64,000 bases of DNA. Origin: a bacterium (GTDB taxonomy: Bacteria > Patescibacteriota > UBA1384 > XYA2-FULL-43-10 > JAKAMI01). Of the stretch, positions 1-9,188 are shown piece after piece. Where the stretch lies: positions 1,047 to 65,046 of the forward strand of contig JAKAMI010000002.1 in the NCBI GenBank assembly GCA_021812945.1, written 5' to 3'. The notes under the pieces were generated by a model. That model saw only the letters and a list, made by a program, of their open reading frames with translations. It had not been told where the DNA came from and ran no database searches. Position 1 is the stretch's first letter, and the number at the start of each line of letters is the position of its first letter. Both the position numbers and the translations under genes were made by a program.

Positions 1-1277
1 TTTCGATCGGAAAAGGGCACGAACTTGTGCTCGCCCACGGCCATAACCTCCTCTGCGCCCTTGCCGGTGATTACCACCACGTCTCCTTTCTCAGCCTCGG
101 CGATGGCTTTGCGAATGGCTTGCTTTCTGTCTAAAACTTTCCAGTAGTTACGATTCAGCCTCCACTGATTCTTTCTGCCGCCTTTGAGGACTCCGGCGGC
201 CACAACCTCGATAATCGACATCGGGTCTTCGTCGTAGGGATCCTCGTCCGTCACAATTATTAGGTCGGCGTAGTTTCCGGCCAGAGCTCCCATGATCGGC
301 CGTTTGGTCGTATCGCGTCGGCCGGTGGCGCCGAGGACGGCGATCAGCCGGCCGCCACGGTTTTGCATACCTTGTTTGACGGTCTCATAAACATTTTTTA
401 GCGAGTCGGCGTTGTGGGCGTAGTCGACGATGACGGTAAAATCCTGTTTGGGGCTGACTACAATCTGTTCCATCCGTCCGCGGATGCCCGAGACATTTTC
501 CAGGCCTTTTTTGATTATTTCAGGATCAATCCCCAAAGCCACACCGGTGCAGAAAGCCGCCAGCTGGTTTGAGATATTGAAAATGCCCGGCAGGTGCGAG
601 TTGATAGCTACTTGGCCGTTTTCCGCGGCGGCGGTGAAGGTGGAACTGTCCGGGCTCAGGAGAATCTTGCGGGCAACGGCGCCGTGATCAACCGACTTGT
701 TGATCGAGAACAAAAACTTTTCCTTGGCCTTGAGGTTGTAAAAAAGATTCCAGTGCTGATCGTCGCGGTTAATGACAAACTTAGCCTCGGGGTTTTGTTT
801 GAAAACCTTGAGCTTGGCATTGAGGTAATTTTCCATCGTCTTGTGATAGTCCAGGTGGTCGTGCGAGAGATTGGTATAGACTAAAACGTCGAAATCAATG
901 CCGTGAGTGCGGTATTGATCGATAGCCGAAGAGGTGACTTCCAGCACAACATGAGTGATACCCCGATTCTTGATTTCTCTAAAAAATTTTTGCAAAACAT
1001 GCGCCGGAGGAGTGGTGACCCAGAGATTTTTTTCAGTGTGATAGATGGTTTTGTCGCCGATTTTAGTGTTGATGGTCGTCTCCATGGCGTTGGGGATTTT
1101 GGCTGCGTCCAGGATAGAAGATATCAAGTTGCAGACAGATGTTTTGCCTTTGGTACCGGTGACGCCGACGACGGTCAGTTTCTTGGAGGGATTGCCATAG
1201 CGAATCCGCGCCAGCTGCGACTGGAGCTTGTGAAGTTTGTTTTTGGTTGATTGGGGCAAAAGTTTCTTTAGGTTCAT
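1..1277 (-). CDS. murE: UDP-N-acetylmuramoyl-tripeptide synthetase (MurE), 3' end beyond the window
   Basis: Manual translation from ATG 1277 gives VGVTGTKGKT (P-loop), TNLSHDHLDYH, VDYAHN and GATGRRD..KRPIMG. It is missing from the ORF track because the stop lies outside the window. Confidence 0.9.
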   Translation of the reverse strand, partial: MNLKKLLPQSTKNKLHKLQSQLARIRYGNPSKKLTVVGVTGTKGKTSVCNLISSILDAAKIPNAMETTINTKIGDKTIYHTEKNLWVTTPPAHVLQKFFREIKNRGITHVVLEVTSSAIDQYRTHGIDFDVLVYTNLSHDHLDYHKTMENYLNAKLKVFKQNPEAKFVINRDDQHWNLFYNLKAKEKFLFSINKSVDHGAVARKILLSPDSSTFTAAAENGQVAINSHLPGIFNISNQLAAFCTGVALGIDPEIIKKGLENVSGIRGRMEQIVVSPKQDFTVIVDYAHNADSLKNVYETVKQGMQNRGGRLIAVLGATGRRDTTKRPIMGALAGNYADLIIVTDEDPYDEDPMSIIEVVAAGVLKGGRKNQWRLNRNYWKVLDRKQAIRKAIAEAEKGDVVVITGKGAEEVMAVGEHKFVPFSDR

Positions 1278-1316
1278 AAGTCTAATGGGTCCAATGGGTC
1301 AAATAAGTCCGACAAT

Positions 1317-2309
1317 TTAACGTCTAATTTTTTCCGCCATCTTGAAAAGCTGGTATTTTGTTTTGTTGAAAACCAGGTCGTAGCTACCCAGAAGATCGAC
1401 TTGACGGCCGCCGAACTGTTTTTTGAAGCGGGTTACTCCAGCCCATGGATGCTTGGGATTATTGTCCGGCGCGATGCCGAAGAAGTCGTATTCGACGCAT
1501 CCTTTGGTCTTGGCGTCTTTGATGATCTCCCAGTGCAGTTTGTAAGGCGCCATCAGCTCGCGGTGTTTACTGCTCGATCCGCCAAAGAGATAGGTCGCTC
1601 TTTTATCGTAGTAGGTGACAATGGCGGCGGCAAGGATAGTTGACTCGTTGACTCGTTGACTCGTGGATTCGTTACTCGATTCGTAATTTTGTACTTTTGT
1701 TGTTCCATTTGTACTTTCGTGAGGGGCGCGCGCTTCGCGCGCCAGGAACACTTGAACATAGTCCTTTTCTTTCAAAATGTCAACCAGTTTTTGGAAATAT
1801 TGTTCGTTGCGGTAGGTAATCTTTTGTCTCTTTGCCATGATTTGGTAGAGCTGAAAGAATTCGCGGACGGAATCGGTTTTTTCAATGATTATCCCGCTAC
1901 GCTCGGCAACCCTAATATTATATCTGCCTTTCGGTTTCATTTGTTCCAGAATCTCTGCCTCTGTCCGGTCGATATCGAGTATGAGCGTATGTTCGGGTTG
2001 CATCTCCTCAAAAGCCTTAATGTAGTCCGAAAGTCCCAAAGTCCCAAAGTCCTGAGTCGCCGGTATGTCAAACTCGGCGCGGCAGAAGATGGCTTTGTTT
2101 TCTGATGCGATATTTTTGATTTGTTTTAGATAACTTTGAGATTTGAGGTCTGAGACTTGAGATGCGCCCAACATGGGCGAATATAGCATCGACCATCCAA
2201 GTGGTAATTTCTTCTGCAGCAATAAAATACCGCTTACTCGGTAAGATTTTGAGTAGCCTGTTTTCAGTTTGAACTTTTCCCATTCCGGTGTCTGAAATAT
2301 TGATGACAT
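1317..2309 (-). CDS. FemAB/FemX-family peptidoglycan bridge aminoacyltransferase
   Basis: Motifs FQTPEWEKFK, MKPKGRYNIRVAER, YLFGGSS, YDFFGI and GVTRFKKQFGG; adjacent to murE. Start placed at ATG 2309, 7 nt after a TGn-TAAGAT -10 element. Confidence 0.85.
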   Translation of the reverse strand: MSSIFQTPEWEKFKLKTGYSKSYRVSGILLLQKKLPLGWSMLYSPMLGASQVSDLKSQSYLKQIKNIASENKAIFCRAEFDIPATQDFGTLGLSDYIKAFEEMQPEHTLILDIDRTEAEILEQMKPKGRYNIRVAERSGIIIEKTDSVREFFQLYQIMAKRQKITYRNEQYFQKLVDILKEKDYVQVFLAREARAPHESTNGTTKVQNYESSNESTSQRVNESTILAAAIVTYYDKRATYLFGGSSSKHRELMAPYKLHWEIIKDAKTKGCVEYDFFGIAPDNNPKHPWAGVTRFKKQFGGRQVDLLGSYDLVFNKTKYQLFKMAEKIRR

Positions 2310-2438
2310 TGGTTTCATCTTATCAAAAAAAGCCCCCGAAAGCGAGGAAGTCAAAAAACTTAGAACCCCGCGGGGAGCGGGGTTCGCAGTTGGGATCGGG
2401 GAGCAACGGAAGCGAGGAGATCTTGGCTGAGGAAATGG

Positions 2439-2708
2439 CTAGGTCTCTGCCGAGAAGTGGCAAGTAGGCGAATTGAGGGGAAGTACAACAAACCGGCCGA
2501 GATCGACGTGCTCGATTCCGTTGGTTCCCCCTGTAATCTTGAGCTTGGTTTTCCCCCCTAAATGGAGGGTGCCGGCACAGTGACCTTCGTGGACGATTTG
2601 ACCGCTGTCCGGGTCGATCATCATGACCATGCGCCGGCAAGATCCGCGGCAACGGAATTCCGGATTGTTGCAGGGTAATGCGTCCTTCATCGAAATCCCG
2701 ATAGTCAT
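2439..2708 (-). CDS. Hypothetical Cys/His-rich small protein (89 aa)
   Basis: GGAGGTGA Shine-Dalgarno before ATG 2708, inside ORF 2439..2939; followed by a GC hairpin and T-run near 2355-2388. Confidence 0.45.
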   Translation of the reverse strand: MTIGISMKDALPCNNPEFRCRGSCRRMVMMIDPDSGQIVHEGHCAGTLHLGGKTKLKITGGTNGIEHVDLGRFVVLPLNSPTCHFSAET

Positions 2709-2951
2709 GCCGATCACCTCCGGGGGTAGCGTTAGTTTAATATTATCCCTAAACAAAAACTTTGCAAGGCCCCGAACAGATGGCGGAACTCGTTCGAAAT
2801 GACGGTTGTTGTGGGGTTGCGGCAGATGAACTGGAAAAACAGGATCAATAAGGGTTAGGAGAGCCGATCCAAACGAACTACTCTCGATCCGGGTGGACCG
2901 AGAGTACGGCAGTTCGTGATACCCGAGGCGGGGTATCAAGCGGGTTTGAGC

Positions 2952-3287
2952 TTAGGGCATCGAGGGAATGGGATGGATGCCTAGGAGGTAGGCGGTATGG
3001 GACTCGACGACGGCCTGAAATGTCGATGGCAGATCTAACGCGCCTGAATGGTCCTTAAGGCAGCAGTGCCAGTTGGCTTCGACCCCTTGGTACTCCGCAC
3101 ATAAGTTGAACAGCCAATCGAAGTACCAAGGTTGCGGCAGGTTAATCAGGTAGAGACGGTACGGCCCCTCAGGGGTTTCGATGACGTGAGGTTGCGGTAG
3201 GTCTGTTACCCCGCAGTTTTGGGGTAGTTGGTTGAGTAGACTCGTGTTGTCTATGACGGGAGCTATCAGGACAGATGCCGGATGCAT
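2952..3287 (-). CDS. Hypothetical protein
   Basis: 111-aa ORF with GGAGG upstream of the ATG; no recognisable motif. Confidence 0.5.
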   Translation of the reverse strand: MHPASVLIAPVIDNTSLLNQLPQNCGVTDLPQPHVIETPEGPYRLYLINLPQPWYFDWLFNLCAEYQGVEANWHCCLKDHSGALDLPSTFQAVVESHTAYLLGIHPIPSMP

Positions 3288-3389
3288 GAACGTCCCTCCA
3301 TGTGCGAGCTTGGTCTGTCTAATTCTAAAATAGATAATATTATATGCACTGTCTAGACCTCGAAGCTATAATCTGTTATTTTGGAGGAT

Positions 3390-4856
3390 ATGAAAGAGAT
3401 TAAAATATTGGCCATAGAAACAAGTTGCGATGAAACCTGCGCAGCCGTTATCATGGCTGCCTCCTCGCGAAAGTACAAAAACTACAAAAGTACAAACATT
3501 GGAGAATGCCCGGTCGTTTTGTCGAATGTGGTGAGTTCGCAGATCGACCTGCACGCAAAAACCGGCGGCATCGTGCCGGAGGTGGCGAGTCGAGCGCATA
3601 TAGAGGTGATCGTCCCTGTTATTCGCGAAGCGCTCATAATAGCAAACCCTAAACTCGAAATTCTAAACTCTAAAAAAATTCAAAAATCTAAAAATAAGAT
3701 CAGCGCTGTGTTAGAGAACAATTTAGTAATTCAGCAATACAGCAATGAAATTTCGGAAATGCTTTCCGAAATTACCCACATCGCCGTGACTTCCGGGCCG
3801 GGGTTGGTCGGGGCGCTGTTGGTAGGGTTTAACACGGCCAAAACATTGGCGTATTCGCTGAATATTCCCATCGTGCCAATTAACCATATTGAGGGACACA
3901 TTTACTCGGCGATGGCCTCTGTGCCTGTCATTGCTAGGGCCGGTGTTTCGGCCCGTGGCAATCTAGCAAAGGAGATTGCCAGGTCGCCCCTCCTCGCAAT
4001 GACAAAGGGAGGGGTCAACTTCCCCATCTTGGCTTTGACAGTCTCGGGTGGTCATACTTCGCTTACCATAATGAAAGACCATGGAGTCTATGAAAACATC
4101 GGCCACACCATAGATGATGCAGCGGGCGAGGCATTTGATAAAGTGGCCAAGTTATTGGGACTAGGCTACCCGGGAGGACCGGCTGTTTCTAAACTCGCTG
4201 AAGAGTTTAGAAACAGAATAATCAATAATCAAGAGACAATAACCAAACAAATTCCAAATTCTAAATCTCAAAATCTCAAACCGGACTTCCGGACTTCCGG
4301 ACTTTCGGACTCGGGACTTGTATTTCCCCGTCCGATGCTCAATTCGGGAAACTTTAACTTTTCTTTCTCAGGACTCAAAACCGCGGTTCTAAATATAGTC
4401 CATAGTCTAAAAGTCCAAGAGTCCAAAGGTGAAAATTCGAAGACTTTAGGACTTCCGAACTTTCGGACTCAGGACTGGCGACCGGAGGTCGCCTTCGCTT
4501 TTGAAGAGGCGGTGGTGGATGTGCTGGCGACCAAGACGATGAGAGCGGTACTTAAATACAAACCGAAAACCGTGGTTCTAGCCGGCGGGGTGGCGGCGAA
4601 TAATCGATTGAGATCAGAACTACAGGGAAGGATTGAGACATATAATCACGGTCATCCTGAACTTGTTTCAGGATCCCATGGTAGACTGGAGGATTCTTCG
4701 GCTGCGCCTCAGAATAATGTGTCGTTGTTGATGCCTCCTCCGGAAATGTGTGGGGACAATGCGGCCATGATCGGACTGGCGGCGTACTACCACATTTTCC
4801 GCGGAGAAACTCCAAAATGGCACGAAATAAGTCTTGATGCCAATGCAAAACTGTAA
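3390..4856 (+). CDS. tsaD: tRNA N6-threonylcarbamoyladenosine synthase TsaD with about six in-frame repeat insertions
   Basis: ILAIETSCDET, GGIVPEVASRAH, GPGLVGAL, NHIEGH, VSGGHT, DDAAGEAFDK, FSFSGLKT, GGVAAN, DNAAMI. Confidence 0.95.
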   Translation: MKEIKILAIETSCDETCAAVIMAASSRKYKNYKSTNIGECPVVLSNVVSSQIDLHAKTGGIVPEVASRAHIEVIVPVIREALIIANPKLEILNSKKIQKSKNKISAVLENNLVIQQYSNEISEMLSEITHIAVTSGPGLVGALLVGFNTAKTLAYSLNIPIVPINHIEGHIYSAMASVPVIARAGVSARGNLAKEIARSPLLAMTKGGVNFPILALTVSGGHTSLTIMKDHGVYENIGHTIDDAAGEAFDKVAKLLGLGYPGGPAVSKLAEEFRNRIINNQETITKQIPNSKSQNLKPDFRTSGLSDSGLVFPRPMLNSGNFNFSFSGLKTAVLNIVHSLKVQESKGENSKTLGLPNFRTQDWRPEVAFAFEEAVVDVLATKTMRAVLKYKPKTVVLAGGVAANNRLRSELQGRIETYNHGHPELVSGSHGRLEDSSAAPQNNVSLLMPPPEMCGDNAAMIGLAAYYHIFRGETPKWHEISLDANAKL

Positions 4857-4887
4857 TTGATTACCATTTTATGATAATTTAGGGCTA

Positions 4888-7377
4888 ATGAAGAAAATTA
4901 TTTCAAAATCGTGGGAACCGGAAAAGTACGAGAAAAAGCTCTACTCTACTTGGGAATCGAAAGGTTATTTCAAACCGGAAATCAATCCGGAGGGTGAGCC
5001 ATACTCGATCATCATGCCGCCGCCAAACGCCAACGGCTCCCTGCACCTGGGGCATGCGGTTTTCGTGACTCTCGAGGACATTATGACCCGCTATGCCCGG
5101 ATGCAAGGCAAGGCTGCTTTGTGGCTGCCGGGCGCCGACCACGGCGGATTTGAAACTCAGATTGTATTCGAAAAAAAGCTGGAGAAAGAGGGCAAGAGCC
5201 GGTTCGGTATGGATCGTAACGAGCTTTACCGGATGATGTGGGATTTTAGCTTGGAAAATAAATCCGGGATGGAAGATCAGCTGAGAAAATTAGGCGCCAG
5301 CTGTGATTGGGATAGGGAAAAATTCACGCTGGATGAGGATATTGTCAAAATAGTCAACGAGACCTTTGTCAAATTATACAATGACGGACTGGTATATCAG
5401 GATCTACGGCCTGTCAACTGGTGCACCAAACACCAGACCTCGCTTTCCGATCTGGAAGTGAAATACGAGGAACAAACAGATCCACTCTACTTCGTCAAAT
5501 ATCAAATATCAAATATCAAATATCAAAAATATAAATCTAAAATCAAAAATTCAGAATACTTAACGATCGCGACTACAAGGCCGGAAACAATATTCGGTGA
5601 TACCGCAATCGCCGTCAGCCCAAACGATAAACGGTTTGCGGAATTGATCGGGTTAAGCGTGAAGATACCGTTGACCGAGATCGAGATTCCGGTCATTGCC
5701 GACAAAATGGTTGATCCGAAGTTTGGGACCGGCGCGGTTAAGATTACTCCGGCTCATGATCCGAACGACTTTGAAGCCGGCAAGCGCCACAATCTTGAGA
5801 TCAAAGAAGTCATAGATCAATACGGCCGGTTGAACGAAAAAGCCGAACCGTTCGCCGGATTAAAAATCTTCGAAGCCAGACGACAGGTGGTCGAGGCGAT
5901 GAAAGAAAAGGGCATTTTGGAAAAAGTCGACGAAAACTATATTCACACCGTCGGCAAGTGCTACAAATGCGGCGCGGTTATCGAACCGCGAGTCTCAAAA
6001 CAGTGGTATATCGCGGTCAACAAAAAGGGTAAAAAAAGCGGGAAAATATTAGCAAAAGACGCTCTGGAGGCGGTCAAAACCGGCAAGATCAAATTTGTCT
6101 CCGAAAAGTTTGAAAAGATTTTTTATCACTGGCTGACCAATATTCGCGACTGGAACATCTCGAGGCAGATCGTTTGGGGCATCAGACTTCCGGTTTGGTA
6201 CCGGAAGTCTAATATCAAAGATCAAATATCAAATGTCAAAAATGCAGATCAAAAATCTCAAAATGAAAATACAAAAAATGCGATAAGCACCCGCGAGGTG
6301 GGCTTTGACTCCTCGGGGGTGGGAGACGGTGAAGTAAGTGAAGTATATGTGGGGATAAATCCACCCGACGGCTGGATTCAGGAAACTGATGTGTTCGATG
6401 CCTGGTTTTCGTCCGGACAATGGCCCTTCGCCGCTTTGAAAGCGCAAAGCGGCTTGAGTTCAAAAGTCCAAAAGTCCAAAAGTCCAGAGTCGTCGGATGA
6501 TTATCAGAAATTTTACCCGACGGCGGTGATGGAAACCGGTTGGGACATCCTCTTTTTCTGGGTGGCGCGGATGATCATGCTGGGACTTTACGAGACCAGT
6601 CAAGTGCCTTTCAAAACCGTTTACCTGCACGGACTGGTGCGCGACAAAGACCGGCAAAAGATGAGTAAATCCAAAGGAAACGTCATTGACCCTCTCGGGG
6701 TGGCTGAGCAGTACGGCACCGATGCAGTGAGGCTGGCTCTGGTTTTCGGTACCTCGGCCGGTAACGACATTGTCATCTCCGAGGAGAAAATCCGCGGCAT
6801 GCGCAACTTCACCAACAAGATCTGGAACGCCTCTCGCTTTGTTCTGATTAACATTTCGGGTGGCGACATCGCGGCCGGAGAGGTCGGGGATATCAGAATA
6901 CAGAATACAGAGTACAGCTCGGAATATTTGACCGAAGCCGATCAACAAGTTCTTAAAGTTCATAAAGTTATAAAGTCGAAAGTTATCAAGTATCTTGAGA
7001 ATTATCAGTTTTCCCAGGCGGCTGAGCTTCTTTATGACTTTTTCTGGCACGACTTTTGCGACAGCTATATCGAAGCCAGCAAGCAGCAACTTGCTCCCCC
7101 TCGCGAAAGTACAAAAAAGGACACAAAAGTACAAAATTACAAATCAGAGATTGCCACGTCGCAGACTACTCGCCATGACGGTAACAATGAAACAATGAGA
7201 CAATGGGACAATGAAGTTTCTGAAAACACCAAAAAGGTCTTAATTAAAATTTTATCGGAAACCCTAGCCATGCTTCATCCCTTCATCCCCTTTGTCACCG
7301 AAGCCGTCTGGCAGGAGCTACGCGAAGTCTACTCCGAGCTTAAAAAGTCTATTATGATCTCTACTTGGCCGAAATAA
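4888..7377 (+). CDS. valS: Valine--tRNA ligase lacking the C-terminal coiled coil, with in-frame repeat insertions
   Basis: PPPNANGSLHLGHA (HIGH), GTGAVKITPAHDPNDF, DWNISRQIVWG, DILFFWVARM, KMSKSKGN. Confidence 0.96.
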   Translation: MKKIISKSWEPEKYEKKLYSTWESKGYFKPEINPEGEPYSIIMPPPNANGSLHLGHAVFVTLEDIMTRYARMQGKAALWLPGADHGGFETQIVFEKKLEKEGKSRFGMDRNELYRMMWDFSLENKSGMEDQLRKLGASCDWDREKFTLDEDIVKIVNETFVKLYNDGLVYQDLRPVNWCTKHQTSLSDLEVKYEEQTDPLYFVKYQISNIKYQKYKSKIKNSEYLTIATTRPETIFGDTAIAVSPNDKRFAELIGLSVKIPLTEIEIPVIADKMVDPKFGTGAVKITPAHDPNDFEAGKRHNLEIKEVIDQYGRLNEKAEPFAGLKIFEARRQVVEAMKEKGILEKVDENYIHTVGKCYKCGAVIEPRVSKQWYIAVNKKGKKSGKILAKDALEAVKTGKIKFVSEKFEKIFYHWLTNIRDWNISRQIVWGIRLPVWYRKSNIKDQISNVKNADQKSQNENTKNAISTREVGFDSSGVGDGEVSEVYVGINPPDGWIQETDVFDAWFSSGQWPFAALKAQSGLSSKVQKSKSPESSDDYQKFYPTAVMETGWDILFFWVARMIMLGLYETSQVPFKTVYLHGLVRDKDRQKMSKSKGNVIDPLGVAEQYGTDAVRLALVFGTSAGNDIVISEEKIRGMRNFTNKIWNASRFVLINISGGDIAAGEVGDIRIQNTEYSSEYLTEADQQVLKVHKVIKSKVIKYLENYQFSQAAELLYDFFWHDFCDSYIEASKQQLAPPRESTKKDTKVQNYKSEIATSQTTRHDGNNETMRQWDNEVSENTKKVLIKILSETLAMLHPFIPFVTEAVWQELREVYSELKKSIMISTWPK

Positions 7378-7481
7378 CTGTTCTGTTGTAGATCGCGCTT
7401 TAACGTGCTATACAACAAGCTAAAACTTGATCTCAAAATATAAAGTTCTAAGGAAATCATTAAATTAAATGAGGGGGTGCG

Positions 7482-7833
7482 ATGGTAGAAAAGAAAAACG
7501 AAAACAAAATTGTAATTTATGTCTCACCCGACAAAAATGTTCGGCTGGATATTGAGGTTGAGAAGGATACAGTCTGGCTTTCTAATGAACAAATTACAAG
7601 ATTTTTAATGTCCAAAGGCCGGCAATTACTAAACGCCTGAACAATATTTATAAAATTGGTGAGCTGAGCCAAAATAGTACATGTTCCATTTTGGAACATG
7701 TACCCAAAAACAGAAATGACCGCGAGTATCAGACAAAATTTACAATCTAGATGCGGTTATCTCCGTTGGCTACCGGGTCAACTCGAAGAAGGCGACGCAG
7801 TTTCGGGTTTGGGCAGGAATCATACAAGAGTAG
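7482..7833 (+). pseudogene. RhuM-family (virulence/Fic-associated DNA-binding) gene remnant with frameshifts
   Basis: Fragments in different frames: IVIY..DTVWLSNEQI, NIYKIGEL..STCSILEHV, YNLDAVISVGYRVNSKKATQFRVWA, then a premature stop. Confidence 0.75.
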
Positions 7834-7842
7834 GAGGCTGAG

Positions 7843-8283
7843 ATGAAAATAACAAGTCCGAGTTTTGGCGAGCAGGGGGAGATTCCGAGAGAGTTTAGCT
7901 GTGATGGGGAGGGAGTCAGTCCGGAGTTAAACATTATTGAGGCTCCGATTGGGGCCAAGAGTCTGGCCTTGATCGTCGACGATCCGGATGCCCCGAGCGG
8001 CGATTTCGTCCACTGGGTGGTTTGGAATATTAGTTCAACCACCGCTATGATCGGGCGAAATGAAGTCCCTGAGGGAGGTGTGGTTGGGGTGAACAGCTCT
8101 GGATCAAACAAATACATTGCACCCTGCCCGCCGAGCGGTACGCATCACTACCATTTTAAGCTGTACGCACTCGATATAGTGCTTGATTTAGAATCGAACG
8201 CCGGCAAGCAGGAATTGGTCGAAGCTATGGCCGACCATACGATTGAATCAGCGGAGTTGGTAGGTTTGTATTCAAGGCAATAA
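7843..8283 (+). CDS. YbhB/YbcL family Raf-kinase-inhibitor-like (PEBP) protein
   Basis: SLALIVDDPDAPSGDFVHWVVWNI and PCPPSGTHHYHFKLYALD. Confidence 0.92.
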   Translation: MKITSPSFGEQGEIPREFSCDGEGVSPELNIIEAPIGAKSLALIVDDPDAPSGDFVHWVVWNISSTTAMIGRNEVPEGGVVGVNSSGSNKYIAPCPPSGTHHYHFKLYALDIVLDLESNAGKQELVEAMADHTIESAELVGLYSRQ

Positions 8284-8293
8284 CAATAAAATG

Positions 8294-8477
8294 AAGACAG
8301 TCTTTTTGAAGATGTAAAGACTGTCTTTAAGACTCTCGAGATTAAAGTAAAGACAGTCTTCCAAAGCAGCGAAGACTGTCTTTTAGCGGGCAAAGCGATG
8401 ACAGTCTTCCATGGCAGCGAAGACTGTCTTTAGCAAACAGAGCAAAGACAGTCTTCCAAGGTAGCGAAGACTGTCTT
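8294..8477. repeat. Array of 8 palindromic AAGACWGTCTT units arranged in pairs
   Basis: Read directly; centre base alternates A/T. Other pairs at ~10075-10107, ~59021-59053 and in recG at ~55648-55683. Confidence 0.85.
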
Positions 8478-8497
8478 TTAAAAAACTGTTTAAAAAA

Positions 8498-9079
8498 TTA
8501 GTTCTGGATGAATTTGCCTTCGGTCAGGGAGTTGACCAGAAAGCCGCTGCCGGCCTTGACCACATCCAGAGTGTTATCGGAGTAGCCGATCTCGGCGCCC
8601 TGAAGGTTTTGATAGGATCGGACGATAACAGTGTATTTCTGACCGGCGGTGACGGCTTTGGTCGAAGTGATCTCGGTGCGCCCGCGGCTGGGACTAGAGA
8701 CGCCGGCAAAGCTGGACTGATCGGTGGAGTTGAAATATGCCGTGGTCATAAATGGCTTGGCGTCATCCAAACTTCGTTGCTTCCAGGCGGTCAGGAAACT
8801 GTTGACGACTTTATTGACCGCGGCAATATTATCCGCTTCCGAAACCACCGGAGCGGCGGGAACAGTTGTGGTGGCCGGTGTCATGGTTTTGGCCGGAGTT
8901 GCGGCGGTATCGTCGGTTTTGGTCGTTACGTTGTTAGTATCAGTCGCTACCGTTTCAGTCTTCGCCGTATTGCCCGATTTGACAAATTTGCCCCGGACGA
9001 TAAAACCGATCAAGGTGAGAGCGATTATCGCTAATATGATGATCAACCAGGTATATTTCCCTTGCCTATTCTCATGCAT
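8498..9079 (-). CDS. Hypothetical membrane-anchored protein (N-terminal TM, Thr-rich linker, small C-terminal domain)
   Basis: 193-aa ORF with a hydrophobic N-terminal helix and GGAGG upstream. Confidence 0.7.
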   Translation of the reverse strand: MHENRQGKYTWLIIILAIIALTLIGFIVRGKFVKSGNTAKTETVATDTNNVTTKTDDTAATPAKTMTPATTTVPAAPVVSEADNIAAVNKVVNSFLTAWKQRSLDDAKPFMTTAYFNSTDQSSFAGVSSPSRGRTEITSTKAVTAGQKYTVIVRSYQNLQGAEIGYSDNTLDVVKAGSGFLVNSLTEGKFIQN

Positions 9080-9111
9080 ATTTCCTCCATCTTAGTTTTG
9101 ATATTTACTTT

Positions 9112-9188
9112 TGGTACCCTCGAGAGGATTCGAACCTCCGACCTTCGGTACCGGAAACCGACGCTCTATCCGACTGAGCTACGAGGGC
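9112..9188 (-). tRNA. tRNA-Arg(CCG)
   Basis: Reverse complement gccctcg...tcggt-ttCCGgt-accga...ggttcgaatcc...cgagggtacca folds as a cloverleaf with encoded CCA. Confidence 0.95.

Noticed and set aside
430-1250. Plus-strand ORFs 430-687, 594-884 and 903-1250, and similar shadow ORFs throughout
   Set aside because: They are antisense or alternate-frame shadows of well-supported genes (murE here).
8294-8477. CRISPR array
   Set aside because: Repeats are only 11 bp, spacers are short and similar to each other, and there are no cas genes.
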